Positions 10,491 to 19,993 of a stretch of 64,000 nt of DNA are shown here, piece after piece. Each line of letters opens with the position of its first letter. Position 1 is the first letter of the stretch. The notes beneath the pieces are model-generated. The model had not been told where the DNA came from. It ran no database searches and was given only the letters and a program-made list of their open reading frames with translations. The stretch spans positions 4,608,001 to 4,672,000 of the forward strand of contig OZ244048.1 in assembly GCA_965215265.1 (NCBI GenBank), in the 5' to 3' direction. Origin of the DNA: Candidatus Poribacteria bacterium (GTDB lineage Bacteria > Poribacteria > WGA-4E > WGA-3G). The position numbers and the translations under genes are program-made.

Positions 10491-11763
10491 GTGAAATCAA
10501 ACATAAATACAGAGACGAAACCTGGGATTTTCAATCTGCCAATACCAAAGAATATACCCACTGCTTCCATATTTATCCAGCAATAATGATTCCGCAAATC
10601 GCACGAAAACTTCTGAATCGATATGGCGTGAAAGGCGGATGGTTGCTTGATCCGTATTGTGGCACCGGGACCTCGTTAGTTGAGGCTTCTCTCTTTGGCA
10701 TGCACAGCGTTGGCTGCGATATCAATCCCCTCGTGCGGTTGGTAGCTGCTGCTAAGTTGACACCAATCCCCTTAAAGATGCTTGATCAACACTTGACTAA
10801 ACTGAACCATTGCCTGTTTCAGACTGAATTTTCCAACACAATGCCGGCGGATACGCACGTTCCTAATATCAAGAATCTGGAATATTGGTTCTCTACATAC
10901 ACCATTAAATACCTTGCTTTCCTTCGAAGATGGATTCGCGATGTGGAAAATGAGGCAGTTCGGAACTTTATGTGGATTGCCTTCTCGGAAACCGTTCGAG
11001 AGGTTTCCTATACCCGTAACGGTGAATTTAAGTTGTATCGAATGCCTACACATAAACTCGCACATTTTGAGCCGGATGTTTTCGGGATTTTTCGCAAAAA
11101 ACTGAGCAGAAACCGACACGGGCTCGCGGCGTTCCTTCAAAAACGAAAAAATGTTGAAGCGACGATTTCTAACGCGAACACTGCCCACGGCGAAATCCCG
11201 ATGCCGAAACCACCGGGCGGGTATAACGTGGTAATTACATCACCACCGTATGGCGATTCACAAACTACAGTCGCTTATGGGCAATTTTCGAGACTCTCCG
11301 CAGAATGGATAGGATGCCCCAATGCACGAAAAATTCATCGCATCGCAATGGGAGGACATCAAACAGACCAAAAATTGGGGGACTCCCCAGTAGCAGACGC
11401 TATTGAAAAGATTCGTTCTATTGATGAAAAACGGGCACGTCAGGTCTCTGCTTTTTATATAGACCTCAGGAAGAGTATCTGCACGGTTGCGAAGATGCTC
11501 GCTACTAATTCAACAGTCTGCTACGTTGTCGGAAATCGGAAGGTTAAAGGTGTCACATTACCTACAGATGCATTTATCCGTTATGCATTTAACACGCATC
11601 GCTTTGCACATACGGAAACTATTGTCAGGAACATTCCGAGCGCATGCCCAAGAGAAATAGCCCCGCCAACGTCGCACGACAAACAGATACAACGATGCAC
11701 CAGGAACATATTGTCATTTGTGAGAGAACAGGACGCTGTACAGCACAATCTGGGCAACCTTAA
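10487..11763 (+). pseudogene. N4-cytosine/amino DNA methyltransferase (M.MvaI-like) with a frameshift near 11640
   Basis: H.YPA.MIPQIA, DPYCGTGT (motif I) and TSPPY (motif IV); the family-like ending RMPKRNSPAN...TMHQEHIVI lies in another frame from 11641 to TAA 11763. Confidence 0.8.
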
Positions 11764-12072
11764 CTGAAGAGGCGTTCATAAATTATTTTTAGTCAAATCA
11801 GCCTATCCGCTTTGAAAGCACGCCCCGATTTCAGGACCGGAGACGTTTCGCAGCTGCCCTAACAAGAGCATTTCCGGATATCCGATAAGGAGATGTAACC
11901 GGCGCTCTGTATTAACCTGGCGACTGTTGCACACAAATCATGGAATGGGCTCCAGAATAACACGAGCCACACCAGAAAAAAAATTGACATCGTTCCCAAC
12001 CATCTGGTAAAATATGTGTAAAAGCATGACGACGCTTCACTATTAGCAAATAGCATAGTAAGGAAAGTTTAA

Positions 12073-12762
12073 ATGGAAGCAAAGATTTTGATCGTTGAAG
12101 ATGAGCGTGACATTGTAGATTTGTTGCGATATAACTTGCGTGATGCAGGCTTCAAAACAGATTACGTGAGGAACGGAGCCGATGCACTGCAACGTGCAGT
12201 TGATGAGCAACCGGACCTCATCTTATTAGATTTGATGCTCCCGGAAGTGGATGGCCTCATCGTGTGCCGCTTGTTGAAAAACGACCCGCGCACCAGACAT
12301 ATCCCTATCGTGATGCTCACCGCTAAAATTGAAGAAAGCGACCGGGTTACCGGGTTGGAACTGGGCGCAGATGATTATATCCCGAAACCTTTTAGTCCCA
12401 GGGAAGTCGTGTTACGGGTTTCCGCTGTGCTCCGACGCCTCAAAGCCGGACAAGAGACAAAAAATACAAATCAAATCAAAACACATGGACTGACTATCGA
12501 TTTTGACAAACATCAGGTGTTAGCTGAAAATGAGACTATCGACCTTACGGCTACCGAATTTAAACTCATCACGATGTTTGCGCGTTCACCTGGACGCGTC
12601 TTTACTCGCGATATTCTCATGGACGTTATCTGGGATCAAGATTATTACGTCATGGACCGGACTATCGATACACACGTCAGCCGCCTTCGACGCAAACTGG
12701 GCACCTTTGGTAAACATATTGAGACGGTACACGGGGTCGGGTATCGGTTTACAGAACAATAA
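12073..12762 (+). CDS. OmpR-family response regulator, PhoB/PhoP-like
   Basis: Receiver domain (VEDE, LDLMLP, KPF) plus winged helix (RTIDTHVSRLR, IETVHGVGY); next to the pst/phoU locus. Confidence 0.9.
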   Translation: MEAKILIVEDERDIVDLLRYNLRDAGFKTDYVRNGADALQRAVDEQPDLILLDLMLPEVDGLIVCRLLKNDPRTRHIPIVMLTAKIEESDRVTGLELGADDYIPKPFSPREVVLRVSAVLRRLKAGQETKNTNQIKTHGLTIDFDKHQVLAENETIDLTATEFKLITMFARSPGRVFTRDILMDVIWDQDYYVMDRTIDTHVSRLRRKLGTFGKHIETVHGVGYRFTEQ

Positions 12763-12897
12763 AGCGGTGTGACTTGGGGGCTCCCTAAAATTTGCAATGC
12801 CCGCTCTTATCTGTTATATTGGTTATATGCGAACACGCGGTTTAACGCAAGTTCTATGGTCGCGATGTCCGCTCTGTTTAACCAAGATTTTTTTCGA

Positions 12898-13019
12898 AAA
12901 GGAACATAGATGAAGATGAAAATGAGTTTGGGAGCTGCAACGGCTACCCGTTTGATTCAGAAAGGAACACAGATGAAGATGAAAATGAGTTTGGGAGCTG
13001 CAACGGCTACCTGTTTGAT
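12898..13019 (+). repeat. 63-bp-period tandem duplication of RBS plus start of a gene
   Basis: AAAGGAACAYAGATGAAGATGAAAATGAGTTTGGGAGCTGCAACGGCTACCYGTTTGAT at 12898 and 12961. Confidence 0.95.
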
Positions 13020-13437
13020 GCTGATACTGTCAGTCTGCAGTGCACCTTTTATTGCTCACGCGCAACAGCACTCCGTCATGACTGATGCGAAAACCGCAGC
13101 CGAGCACGATGCAGAAGCCGATGTCAATAAACTTTTATGGTTTGGGGCAGGCACCCTGCTTTCCAGCATTGCACTGTTTGACTCGGGCTGTCTCGTCTCT
13201 ACAGCGGGGTTGGGCGGTTCATATCTCTATCAGCCTTCACCCCCCTCGGATCGGTTTCTAGGAAAATCGCCGGAGTACGTCGCTATCTATACAACAGCCT
13301 ACAAATCCAGAGTTGGGAGCCTACAGCTCCGTTGGGCAGCAGCAGGATGTGCTGGCGGCGGTCTGATAATTTTTGGCCTCATCCAATCTACTTTTTCAGT
13401 CGGATTCCAGGCATCGATTTCATTGGGGCTGCTGTAG
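12910..13437 (+). CDS. Hypothetical exported/membrane protein
   Basis: Signal peptide ending AHA-QQ, two hydrophobic segments, GKSPEYV..YT.AY motif; alternative start at 12973. Confidence 0.75.
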   Translation: MKMKMSLGAATATRLIQKGTQMKMKMSLGAATATCLMLILSVCSAPFIAHAQQHSVMTDAKTAAEHDAEADVNKLLWFGAGTLLSSIALFDSGCLVSTAGLGGSYLYQPSPPSDRFLGKSPEYVAIYTTAYKSRVGSLQLRWAAAGCAGGGLIIFGLIQSTFSVGFQASISLGLL

Positions 13438-13466
13438 AAACCTCTATTTTGAGACCTGACTTCTTT

Positions 13467-14120
13467 TCACAGAGACGAATGTTGGTGTCGGATAACATTA
13501 CCTTCTACGAGGTAAAACACCTCTTCTCCGATATTCGCGGCTAAATCCCCTATCCGCTCTAAATGCCGGAAGAGGAGCAAAACGCTAATGCCGGGCGAAA
13601 TAAGTTTTGGGTGTTCCGCTAAAATGTCTAGGATTTCCCGTAATACCCGTTCATAGATAGCATCAATCTTACTGTCGCGGGCACGGATTTTTTGTGCCAG
13701 TTCGGCGTTACGATTAACAAAAGCATCTATCGCGTCTTTGACTAACTCCAAGATGAGCTCCGAAACATAAGGCAGATCCACGAACGGCTTAAAGGGTGGA
13801 TATTCCAATAATTCCAGGCTCCGTTTTGCGATAGTAACACTTTTGTCGGCGATTCTCTCAATGTTTCGCGAAATCTTCATCGCCGAAGTCAGAAACCGTA
13901 ACTCAAACGCGACAGGTTGATGCAGAGCAATCAGTTGGATACACGCGGATTCGATCCGGTTTTCAAAAAGGTCAACGGTATCATCTGTTGCAATAACTGC
14001 ACGCGCTAAGACTTCATCGCGCGTTAACACCGATTGTACCGCTTGGTGTAGCATGCGCTCTGTAATGCCCGCCATCTCTAAAAGTTGATGCTGCAGCACC
14101 TTAAGTTCCATTTCCAACAT
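13467..14120 (-). CDS. phoU: Phosphate signalling protein PhoU
   Basis: Two PhoU repeats: QPVA.ELR...ERIAD and LERIGDLA.NI.E. Confidence 0.95.
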   Translation of the reverse strand: MLEMELKVLQHQLLEMAGITERMLHQAVQSVLTRDEVLARAVIATDDTVDLFENRIESACIQLIALHQPVAFELRFLTSAMKISRNIERIADKSVTIAKRSLELLEYPPFKPFVDLPYVSELILELVKDAIDAFVNRNAELAQKIRARDSKIDAIYERVLREILDILAEHPKLISPGISVLLLFRHLERIGDLAANIGEEVFYLVEGNVIRHQHSSL

Positions 14121-14195
14121 TTTTAGTCTTATGTACCTGGGTTTGTGTTATCTACGTGTCTGCAGAGCAATAGCCCCCGGTTAGTTTTCGCATGA

Positions 14196-14969
14196 TTATC
14201 CCAGTCTTCCGGTAACATACTGTTCAGTTCTTTCATCTCGCGGATTCGTAAAAATCTTTTTCGTTGCATCAAATTCGATTAATTCACCAGCATAGAGGAG
14301 GCCAGCAAAATCAGAGACACGTGCCGCTTGTCGTCTTTTACTTGTAACAAAAATCAGCGTGTACTGCTTTTTCAGATTCCGGATGAGTGCCTCAACTTTA
14401 GCGGTTTCCATCGGGTCCAATTCGCGGCACGGTTCATCAAAAATCAATACTTCAGGATTGCTGGCGAGTGCACGAGCAATACAGAGGCGCTGCTGCTGCC
14501 CAATAGTGAGTAGTGCCGGCGTTTTGTCCAAAATGCATGAGACTTCATCCCACAGCGCGGCAGCTCTGAGGCTTTTCTCTACAATTGCATCAAGCTCTCC
14601 TGACTGGGTTATACTAGAAATCCGTGGACCGTACGCAACATTCTGGTAAATAGATTGCCGGAACGGAATCGGTTTGTCGAACACCATCCCAATTTGCCTG
14701 CGAATCTGCGTTGCGTCCAAGCTTGATGCATAAAGGTTTTGATCCTTAAAAAGAATTTCGCCTGTGAGTTTGAAGTTAGATGTGAAGTCATTTAACCGAT
14801 TGAGGCATCGTACCAGGGTACTCTTACCGGAATTAGATGGCCCGATGAGTGCTGTCACCTGCTGAGACTTTACGTCAAAAGATGAGTCGCGTAGAATCTG
14901 TCTATTGCCGTACCAGACGTTTAGATTACGTATCTTTAACACAGATGCGTCTTTTAATAATGCACCCAT
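14196..14969 (-). CDS. pstB: PstB-like ABC ATPase (third copy, degenerate motifs)
   Basis: Walker A GPSNSGKST; ends YVTGRLG; signature LTIGQ, and no Q-loop Gln or switch His. Confidence 0.85.
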   Translation of the reverse strand: MGALLKDASVLKIRNLNVWYGNRQILRDSSFDVKSQQVTALIGPSNSGKSTLVRCLNRLNDFTSNFKLTGEILFKDQNLYASSLDATQIRRQIGMVFDKPIPFRQSIYQNVAYGPRISSITQSGELDAIVEKSLRAAALWDEVSCILDKTPALLTIGQQQRLCIARALASNPEVLIFDEPCRELDPMETAKVEALIRNLKKQYTLIFVTSKRRQAARVSDFAGLLYAGELIEFDATKKIFTNPRDERTEQYVTGRLG

Positions 14970-14990
14970 AAAAAACTCCGGATTTTGTGC

Positions 14991-15605
14991 TTAGGCGAAA
15001 CGTTTCTGTGAATGCCGTTCAAGCATATTGGCTGTGCAGCTAAAGAACAGTGCGCCACCTAAAGAGAACCCAATTTCAATCCTGGGTGTATTAAATACAC
15101 TCGTCGCAACTATCGGTATGATAGTTTGAATACCAATAAGCATTCCTGCAACAGCTAGGGCACGTGAAACTGCACGGCACATTCCAGCCAAGATCGAGGG
15201 ACAAGCCAACGGTAAAATGTGGTTCCTTAACACTTGCCACCTGTTGGATCCGAGTACATACGCCGCTTCGCGCAACGGTGTGTCAATCCTCTGAATCCCT
15301 TGTTGCGTTGACTGAATCGCGACAGGCATGACTATTAAAACAAATGTGAGCGCACTCGTGCTGAAGCGCACGCCGCCTTCTCTAAAGATGAAAACCTCTA
15401 CCCCCAAAAATCCGTATAAAATTGAGGGGATGCCGGCTAATATAGCAACCGTGCCTTCAACCGCGCGACGCACCCAGTTCGTTTTCGGAAGCCACTCTTC
15501 CATATAAACCCCGGCGAGCCCACCTATGAAGAGGGAGAAAAGCACGACTGGAAACATAAGATAGAGATTTGCTATCAAGCCCGAAAAACTGGATGATGCT
15601 TCCAT
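14991..15605 (-). CDS. Short, divergent PstA-like phosphate ABC permease
   Basis: GVYMEEW, LAGIPSILYGFLG and EAA loop LREAAYVLGSNRWQ; only 204 aa. Confidence 0.75.
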   Translation of the reverse strand: MEASSSFSGLIANLYLMFPVVLFSLFIGGLAGVYMEEWLPKTNWVRRAVEGTVAILAGIPSILYGFLGVEVFIFREGGVRFSTSALTFVLIVMPVAIQSTQQGIQRIDTPLREAAYVLGSNRWQVLRNHILPLACPSILAGMCRAVSRALAVAGMLIGIQTIIPIVATSVFNTPRIEIGFSLGGALFFSCTANMLERHSQKRFA

Positions 15606-15635
15606 TGTAATTCCTACGCGTTTTTCAGTACGAGC

Positions 15636-16409
15636 TTACCCGTACCGCATTTGGACATAATCTGCAGTCTTCGAATTCTGCGGTGTTTGAAACAGTGCCT
15701 GCGTTTCTCTATGCTCAATCAGTTCTCCCAAGAACATGAAAATACACTCATCGCTCACGCGGCGTGCTTGTGCCATGTTATGCGTCACGATGACGAAAGT
15801 GTATTCTCCGGCAAGTATTTCCATCAATTCTTCAATAGCCTGGGTGCCTTTTGTATCCAGGGCAGAGCACGGCTCATCCATGAGAATAATCTTCGGTTTG
15901 AGCGGCAAGAGTCGTGCAATACAGAGCTTCTGCTGTTGTTCAAGTTGTAGTGAGGTTGCACGTACCTTTAACTTATCCTTCAAATCATCCCAAAGAAGAA
16001 CCGAGGCGAGAGATTCTTCAACAATAGCATCTGCTGCTGCTCGCGACAGGTGCCACAGCGGTGAATGTATCCGCAATCCGAATAGGATGTTTTCATAAAC
16101 CGAAATTGGTAACGGATTCGGTCTTTGGAATACCATGCCGACGGTCTTTCTCAATTCCGGTAAAGCGACATCCACATCGTAAATATTCTTGCCTAATACT
16201 GTAATTTCACCTTTTGTGGTAACATTACCATATCGTTCATTAGCTCGATTGAAACAACGGAGCAACGTGGTTTTCCCACAGCCGGAGGGACCAATAAGCG
16301 CAGTTATTTGGCCCTCCACTATTTTTACATTGACATTGATGAGTGCCTGAAAATCCCCATACCAGAGACTGAGCGCTTTGGTTTCAATGCTGTAGTTTTT
16401 AGTTTCCAT
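15636..16409 (-). CDS. pstB: Phosphate ABC ATPase PstB (second copy)
   Basis: GPSGCGKTT, VFQRPNP, MDEPCSALD, VTHNM; signature altered to LQLEQ. Confidence 0.92.
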   Translation of the reverse strand: METKNYSIETKALSLWYGDFQALINVNVKIVEGQITALIGPSGCGKTTLLRCFNRANERYGNVTTKGEITVLGKNIYDVDVALPELRKTVGMVFQRPNPLPISVYENILFGLRIHSPLWHLSRAAADAIVEESLASVLLWDDLKDKLKVRATSLQLEQQQKLCIARLLPLKPKIILMDEPCSALDTKGTQAIEELMEILAGEYTFVIVTHNMAQARRVSDECIFMFLGELIEHRETQALFQTPQNSKTADYVQMRYG

Positions 16410-16507
16410 ATGCTACTATATCCTGAAATGTCTGCCAAAACCCGGATGCAAGAGAGACACAGTCTACGTTATTCTGTATGAACCCTGGCTTCGTGCTAAT
16501 TTACTTT

Positions 16508-17266
16508 TTATCCGAAGTTCCCGTTGACATAGTCGTAGGTGGATTGATTCGCCGGGGTTTCAGAGAAAATCACCTCAGTTTTGTCAATTTCAACAAGCTC
16601 CCCATTGAGAAAAAAAGCGGTTCGGTCGGCAAGTCGTTTTGCCTGTTGGACGAGATTGGTGACAAGCAGTATTGTCATATCAGCACTGAGGGTTTTCAGG
16701 ACCGATTCAATCCGCATCGTTGTAACCGGATCGACAGCGATAGAAAATTCATCAAGGCAGAGAATTTCCGGCTGATGTGAGAGTGCCCTTGCAATGGTTA
16801 ATCGCTGTTGTTGGCCTCCTGACAGTTTGGTTCCGAGCGTATGTAACCGATCTTTTACTTCATCCCACAAAGCAGCTTGTTGAAGACATCGCTCAACGAT
16901 ACCATCTAATTCTGACTTTTTGGACAGCCCCGTTGTCCGCGGTGCAAAAGCGACGTTGTCATAGATGGATAGCGGCAATCCGACTGGCAAGGGTAGCACC
17001 ATGCCGATGCGTCGACGCAATGCATAGACATCTCGAATGGTGCTAACATCTACGCCCTCCAGTTTTACTGTGCCTTCAAAAGTCGTGCCAGACGTGAATT
17101 CAAGCGTTCTGTTAATCACCTTCAGCAACGTTGTTTTGCCTGATTGCGCAGGTCCGATGATGCCGAGAATTTCGTTTTCGTAGACATCAAAGGAAATTCT
17201 ATTGAGGGCACGTTTCGTGCCGTAGTCGACGCTGAGTTCCGATACCTCAATTTTCTTTGTCTGCAT
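16508..17266 (-). CDS. pstB: Phosphate ABC ATPase PstB (first copy)
   Basis: [22 protein letters not shown]; ends YVNGNFG; probable start MQTKK at 17266. Confidence 0.9.
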   Translation of the reverse strand: MQTKKIEVSELSVDYGTKRALNRISFDVYENEILGIIGPAQSGKTTLLKVINRTLEFTSGTTFEGTVKLEGVDVSTIRDVYALRRRIGMVLPLPVGLPLSIYDNVAFAPRTTGLSKKSELDGIVERCLQQAALWDEVKDRLHTLGTKLSGGQQQRLTIARALSHQPEILCLDEFSIAVDPVTTMRIESVLKTLSADMTILLVTNLVQQAKRLADRTAFFLNGELVEIDKTEVIFSETPANQSTYDYVNGNFG

Positions 17267-18023
17267 TTTGTGGCGTTGCCTCGTGCTGTTTGTAAGCAGT
17301 CGGATCGTTATCCGGCGCATCTGTTTCCTCTGATCCTCGCCGTTCTGAGCGTGCCTCTGTCAAGACAGAGGCTAACAATCCGGAAGGGATTGCGATAAGC
17401 CCAACACCGATTAGCGTTACGAGTGCTGTAAAAATTTTTCCACCGGTCGTGATTGGATGAACATCGCCGTAGCCCACCGTGGTTAACGTCACGATTGCCC
17501 ACCACATTGCATCAAAAATCGTCCCAAAGTCTTCCGGTTGGGCCTCTTTTTCAAAATAATAAATGCCGCACGCAGCGAGATAGACTAACATTAACGATAG
17601 AAAAGCAAGCGCGAACAGCTCTCTTTTCACTTCGTTTAACGCCTCTGTCAGCCGGTCAACTGCAAGGATAAATCGCGTCGCCTTAAAAACTCTGAAAATC
17701 CGAAGAAATCTGAAGATACGAAGAACCCGGAAACCTGTTAACTGAAACAACGTCGGTAAAATCGCAAGCAAATCAATGATGCCAAAGAAACTAAAAATGA
17801 AAGCACGTCTTTTCGGCGCAGCGTAAATCCGAAGGATATACTCCACAGAAAACACCGCGAAAAAAGCATAGTCGACTATCAAAAAATGCGTCGCGTACGG
17901 GTCATTCTCCGGCCTACCTGACTCTAAGGCAAAGGCAATCGCAGCTGCAAGAATCAGGAACTGGATGACGAGCGTGAAAACCCGCCCTTCTATCAAAATT
18001 CTTAATTTTTCTCTGCTTTCCAT
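17247..18023 (-). CDS. Voltage-gated (6TM) potassium channel
   Basis: TTVGYGD selectivity filter; S4 helix FRVLRIFRFLRIFRVFK. Confidence 0.93.
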   Translation of the reverse strand: MESREKLRILIEGRVFTLVIQFLILAAAIAFALESGRPENDPYATHFLIVDYAFFAVFSVEYILRIYAAPKRRAFIFSFFGIIDLLAILPTLFQLTGFRVLRIFRFLRIFRVFKATRFILAVDRLTEALNEVKRELFALAFLSLMLVYLAACGIYYFEKEAQPEDFGTIFDAMWWAIVTLTTVGYGDVHPITTGGKIFTALVTLIGVGLIAIPSGLLASVLTEARSERRGSEETDAPDNDPTAYKQHEATPQNADKEN

Positions 18024-18092
18024 ATACTAATCCGAATAACCGTGGCAATAAGGTTCTTTACACTAAAATCCATTTGAACCCAGAGCGCTACT

Positions 18093-19010
18093 TCACCACT
18101 TTTTTCGGGTGCGAAGGTATACCCGCAAGACAATCGCGGCGGCGTTAACGAGCAGCACACTTCCTACCAGCACAATCGCCGTACCGTAAGGGATGCCCTC
18201 GGCTACGTCCGGAACTTGGGTTGAAATTGTAAAAAGATGCAACGATAAGGCCATACACTGGTCTATTATATTGTAAGCGAAAACGTCTCCTTCTGCAATA
18301 GCTTTATAGAAAACCGCACCGGTAAACATAATAGGAGCCGTTTCACCGGCGGCACGCGAAACTTGCAAAATCACACCTGTTAAAATTCCGCTGATTGAAT
18401 TCGGTAACACAATCCGACGAATCGTTTGCCAGCGTGTAGCGCCGAGATTCCAACATGCCTCACGAAACGCCATAGGTACAGCATTGAGCGCCTCTGTCGT
18501 ACTTGCAATGATAACAGGAAGCGTCATAATTGCAAGCGTGAGGGATGCCGCTAAAATAGATTCGTCTAAACCAGCAAATAGGACAAAGGCACCAACGCCA
18601 AACAACGCATGCACAATGCTCGGTACGCCCGCGAGATTCACGACTGCAAGATTAACAATACGGGTAAACCAATTTTCACGTGCGTACTCATTCAGATATA
18701 CAGCTGCAAATACGCCAATCGGCGCAGACACTAATAAGGAGACTACCACTAAATAGATTGTACCGAGAAACGGGGCCCACAGACCCCCTGCACGCATATT
18801 ATCTTTCGGATTCGTAAATAGAAATTCCCAAGAGAGCACCGGGAGTGCCTTATACAAAAGGTAGCCGATAATGAGCAACAGCGGCAGAATCATAAAGGAG
18901 GTCATGATAAAAAAGAAAATCCTCACCACGGTTTCTGTCCATCGCTTCCGTCTTCCAATCTCGGTTTCTGTAAACATTGATCCGGAACGGGTTTCTAAAT
19001 TCTTATTCAT
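18093..19010 (-). CDS. pstA: Phosphate ABC permease PstA
   Basis: AVYLNEYA, LAGVPSIV, REA...LGATRWQ, RAAGETAP. Confidence 0.95.
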   Translation of the reverse strand: MNKNLETRSGSMFTETEIGRRKRWTETVVRIFFFIMTSFMILPLLLIIGYLLYKALPVLSWEFLFTNPKDNMRAGGLWAPFLGTIYLVVVSLLVSAPIGVFAAVYLNEYARENWFTRIVNLAVVNLAGVPSIVHALFGVGAFVLFAGLDESILAASLTLAIMTLPVIIASTTEALNAVPMAFREACWNLGATRWQTIRRIVLPNSISGILTGVILQVSRAAGETAPIMFTGAVFYKAIAEGDVFAYNIIDQCMALSLHLFTISTQVPDVAEGIPYGTAIVLVGSVLLVNAAAIVLRVYLRTRKKW

Positions 19011-19028
19011 ATTTCCTCTAAGCGTGTC

Positions 19029-19982
19029 TTAACTTTGCCGTATGCCTTTGATGACCAGGTCTGCTATGAGGTTAACCATAAATGTAAGCGTAAAGAGCAG
19101 GATGCCAATGATAAAAAGCACCTGATAGTGTTCGCTGCCTCTCGCAACTTCCCCCAATTCTGCAGCGATAGTTGCTGTGAGGGTGCGGATCCAAGCTAAA
19201 GGGCCATCCGGAATATTAACCGAGTGCCCGGTTGCCATCAGCACCGCCATAGTTTCGCCAATAGAACGTGCTGCGCCGAGTAAGACTGCCGCCAATAGCC
19301 CATTTTTCGCAGCCGGTAATAGGACACGGTAAATCATTTGCCAACGCGTCGCACCGAGTGCCTCAGCGGCTTCCCGGTAAGAATCCGGCACTGCTTTCAA
19401 CGCATCTTCTGCAATAGAGACAATGATCGGGACACTCATCAACGCGAGCATAATGCCACCATTTAGCATCGTTAAACCGATCGGCGCGTTAAATACAGCT
19501 ATAATGAGTTGATTCATCAGCGTTAACCCGATGAAACCCCAGACGACAGAAGGAATCGCAGCAAGTAACTCTATAATAACTTTGAAGGTTTCTCGCAATT
19601 TCGCACTGCAGAACTCCGATACAAAGATTGCAGCGCCAAGCCCAAATGGAACAGCCAGAAACATCGCTAACGCTGTCACACTAAAAGTGCCCAAGATCAG
19701 CGCCAAGGTACCGTACCTTTTATTATTCAATGAGGTAGGATACCATTCCGGGCTCGTAAGAAACTCACCGAGCTCTAAACCACCGAAAAGGAACCCTGCC
19801 CCTTCACGGAACACGAAGAAAAAAATTCCGAACACGAAAAGGATCGAACTGATACCGCATAAACGGATAAACAGTTCAATTACCAACTCTGATATTTTTC
19901 GTAGAATGCTCATTTTTTTAGATGATTGTGAATACAAATTCATTGTAGCAGCATCAGATATTTCTTGTTCTGAGCAATACAA
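19029..19982 (-). CDS. pstC: Phosphate ABC permease PstC (true start probably 19943 or 19913)
   Basis: ELLAAIPSVVWG, REAAEALGATRWQ, RSIGETMAVLM. Confidence 0.95.
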   Translation of the reverse strand: MYCSEQEISDAATMNLYSQSSKKMSILRKISELVIELFIRLCGISSILFVFGIFFFVFREGAGFLFGGLELGEFLTSPEWYPTSLNNKRYGTLALILGTFSVTALAMFLAVPFGLGAAIFVSEFCSAKLRETFKVIIELLAAIPSVVWGFIGLTLMNQLIIAVFNAPIGLTMLNGGIMLALMSVPIIVSIAEDALKAVPDSYREAAEALGATRWQMIYRVLLPAAKNGLLAAVLLGAARSIGETMAVLMATGHSVNIPDGPLAWIRTLTATIAAELGEVARGSEHYQVLFIIGILLFTLTFMVNLIADLVIKGIRQS

Positions 19983-19993
19983 AAAATCTGTCC

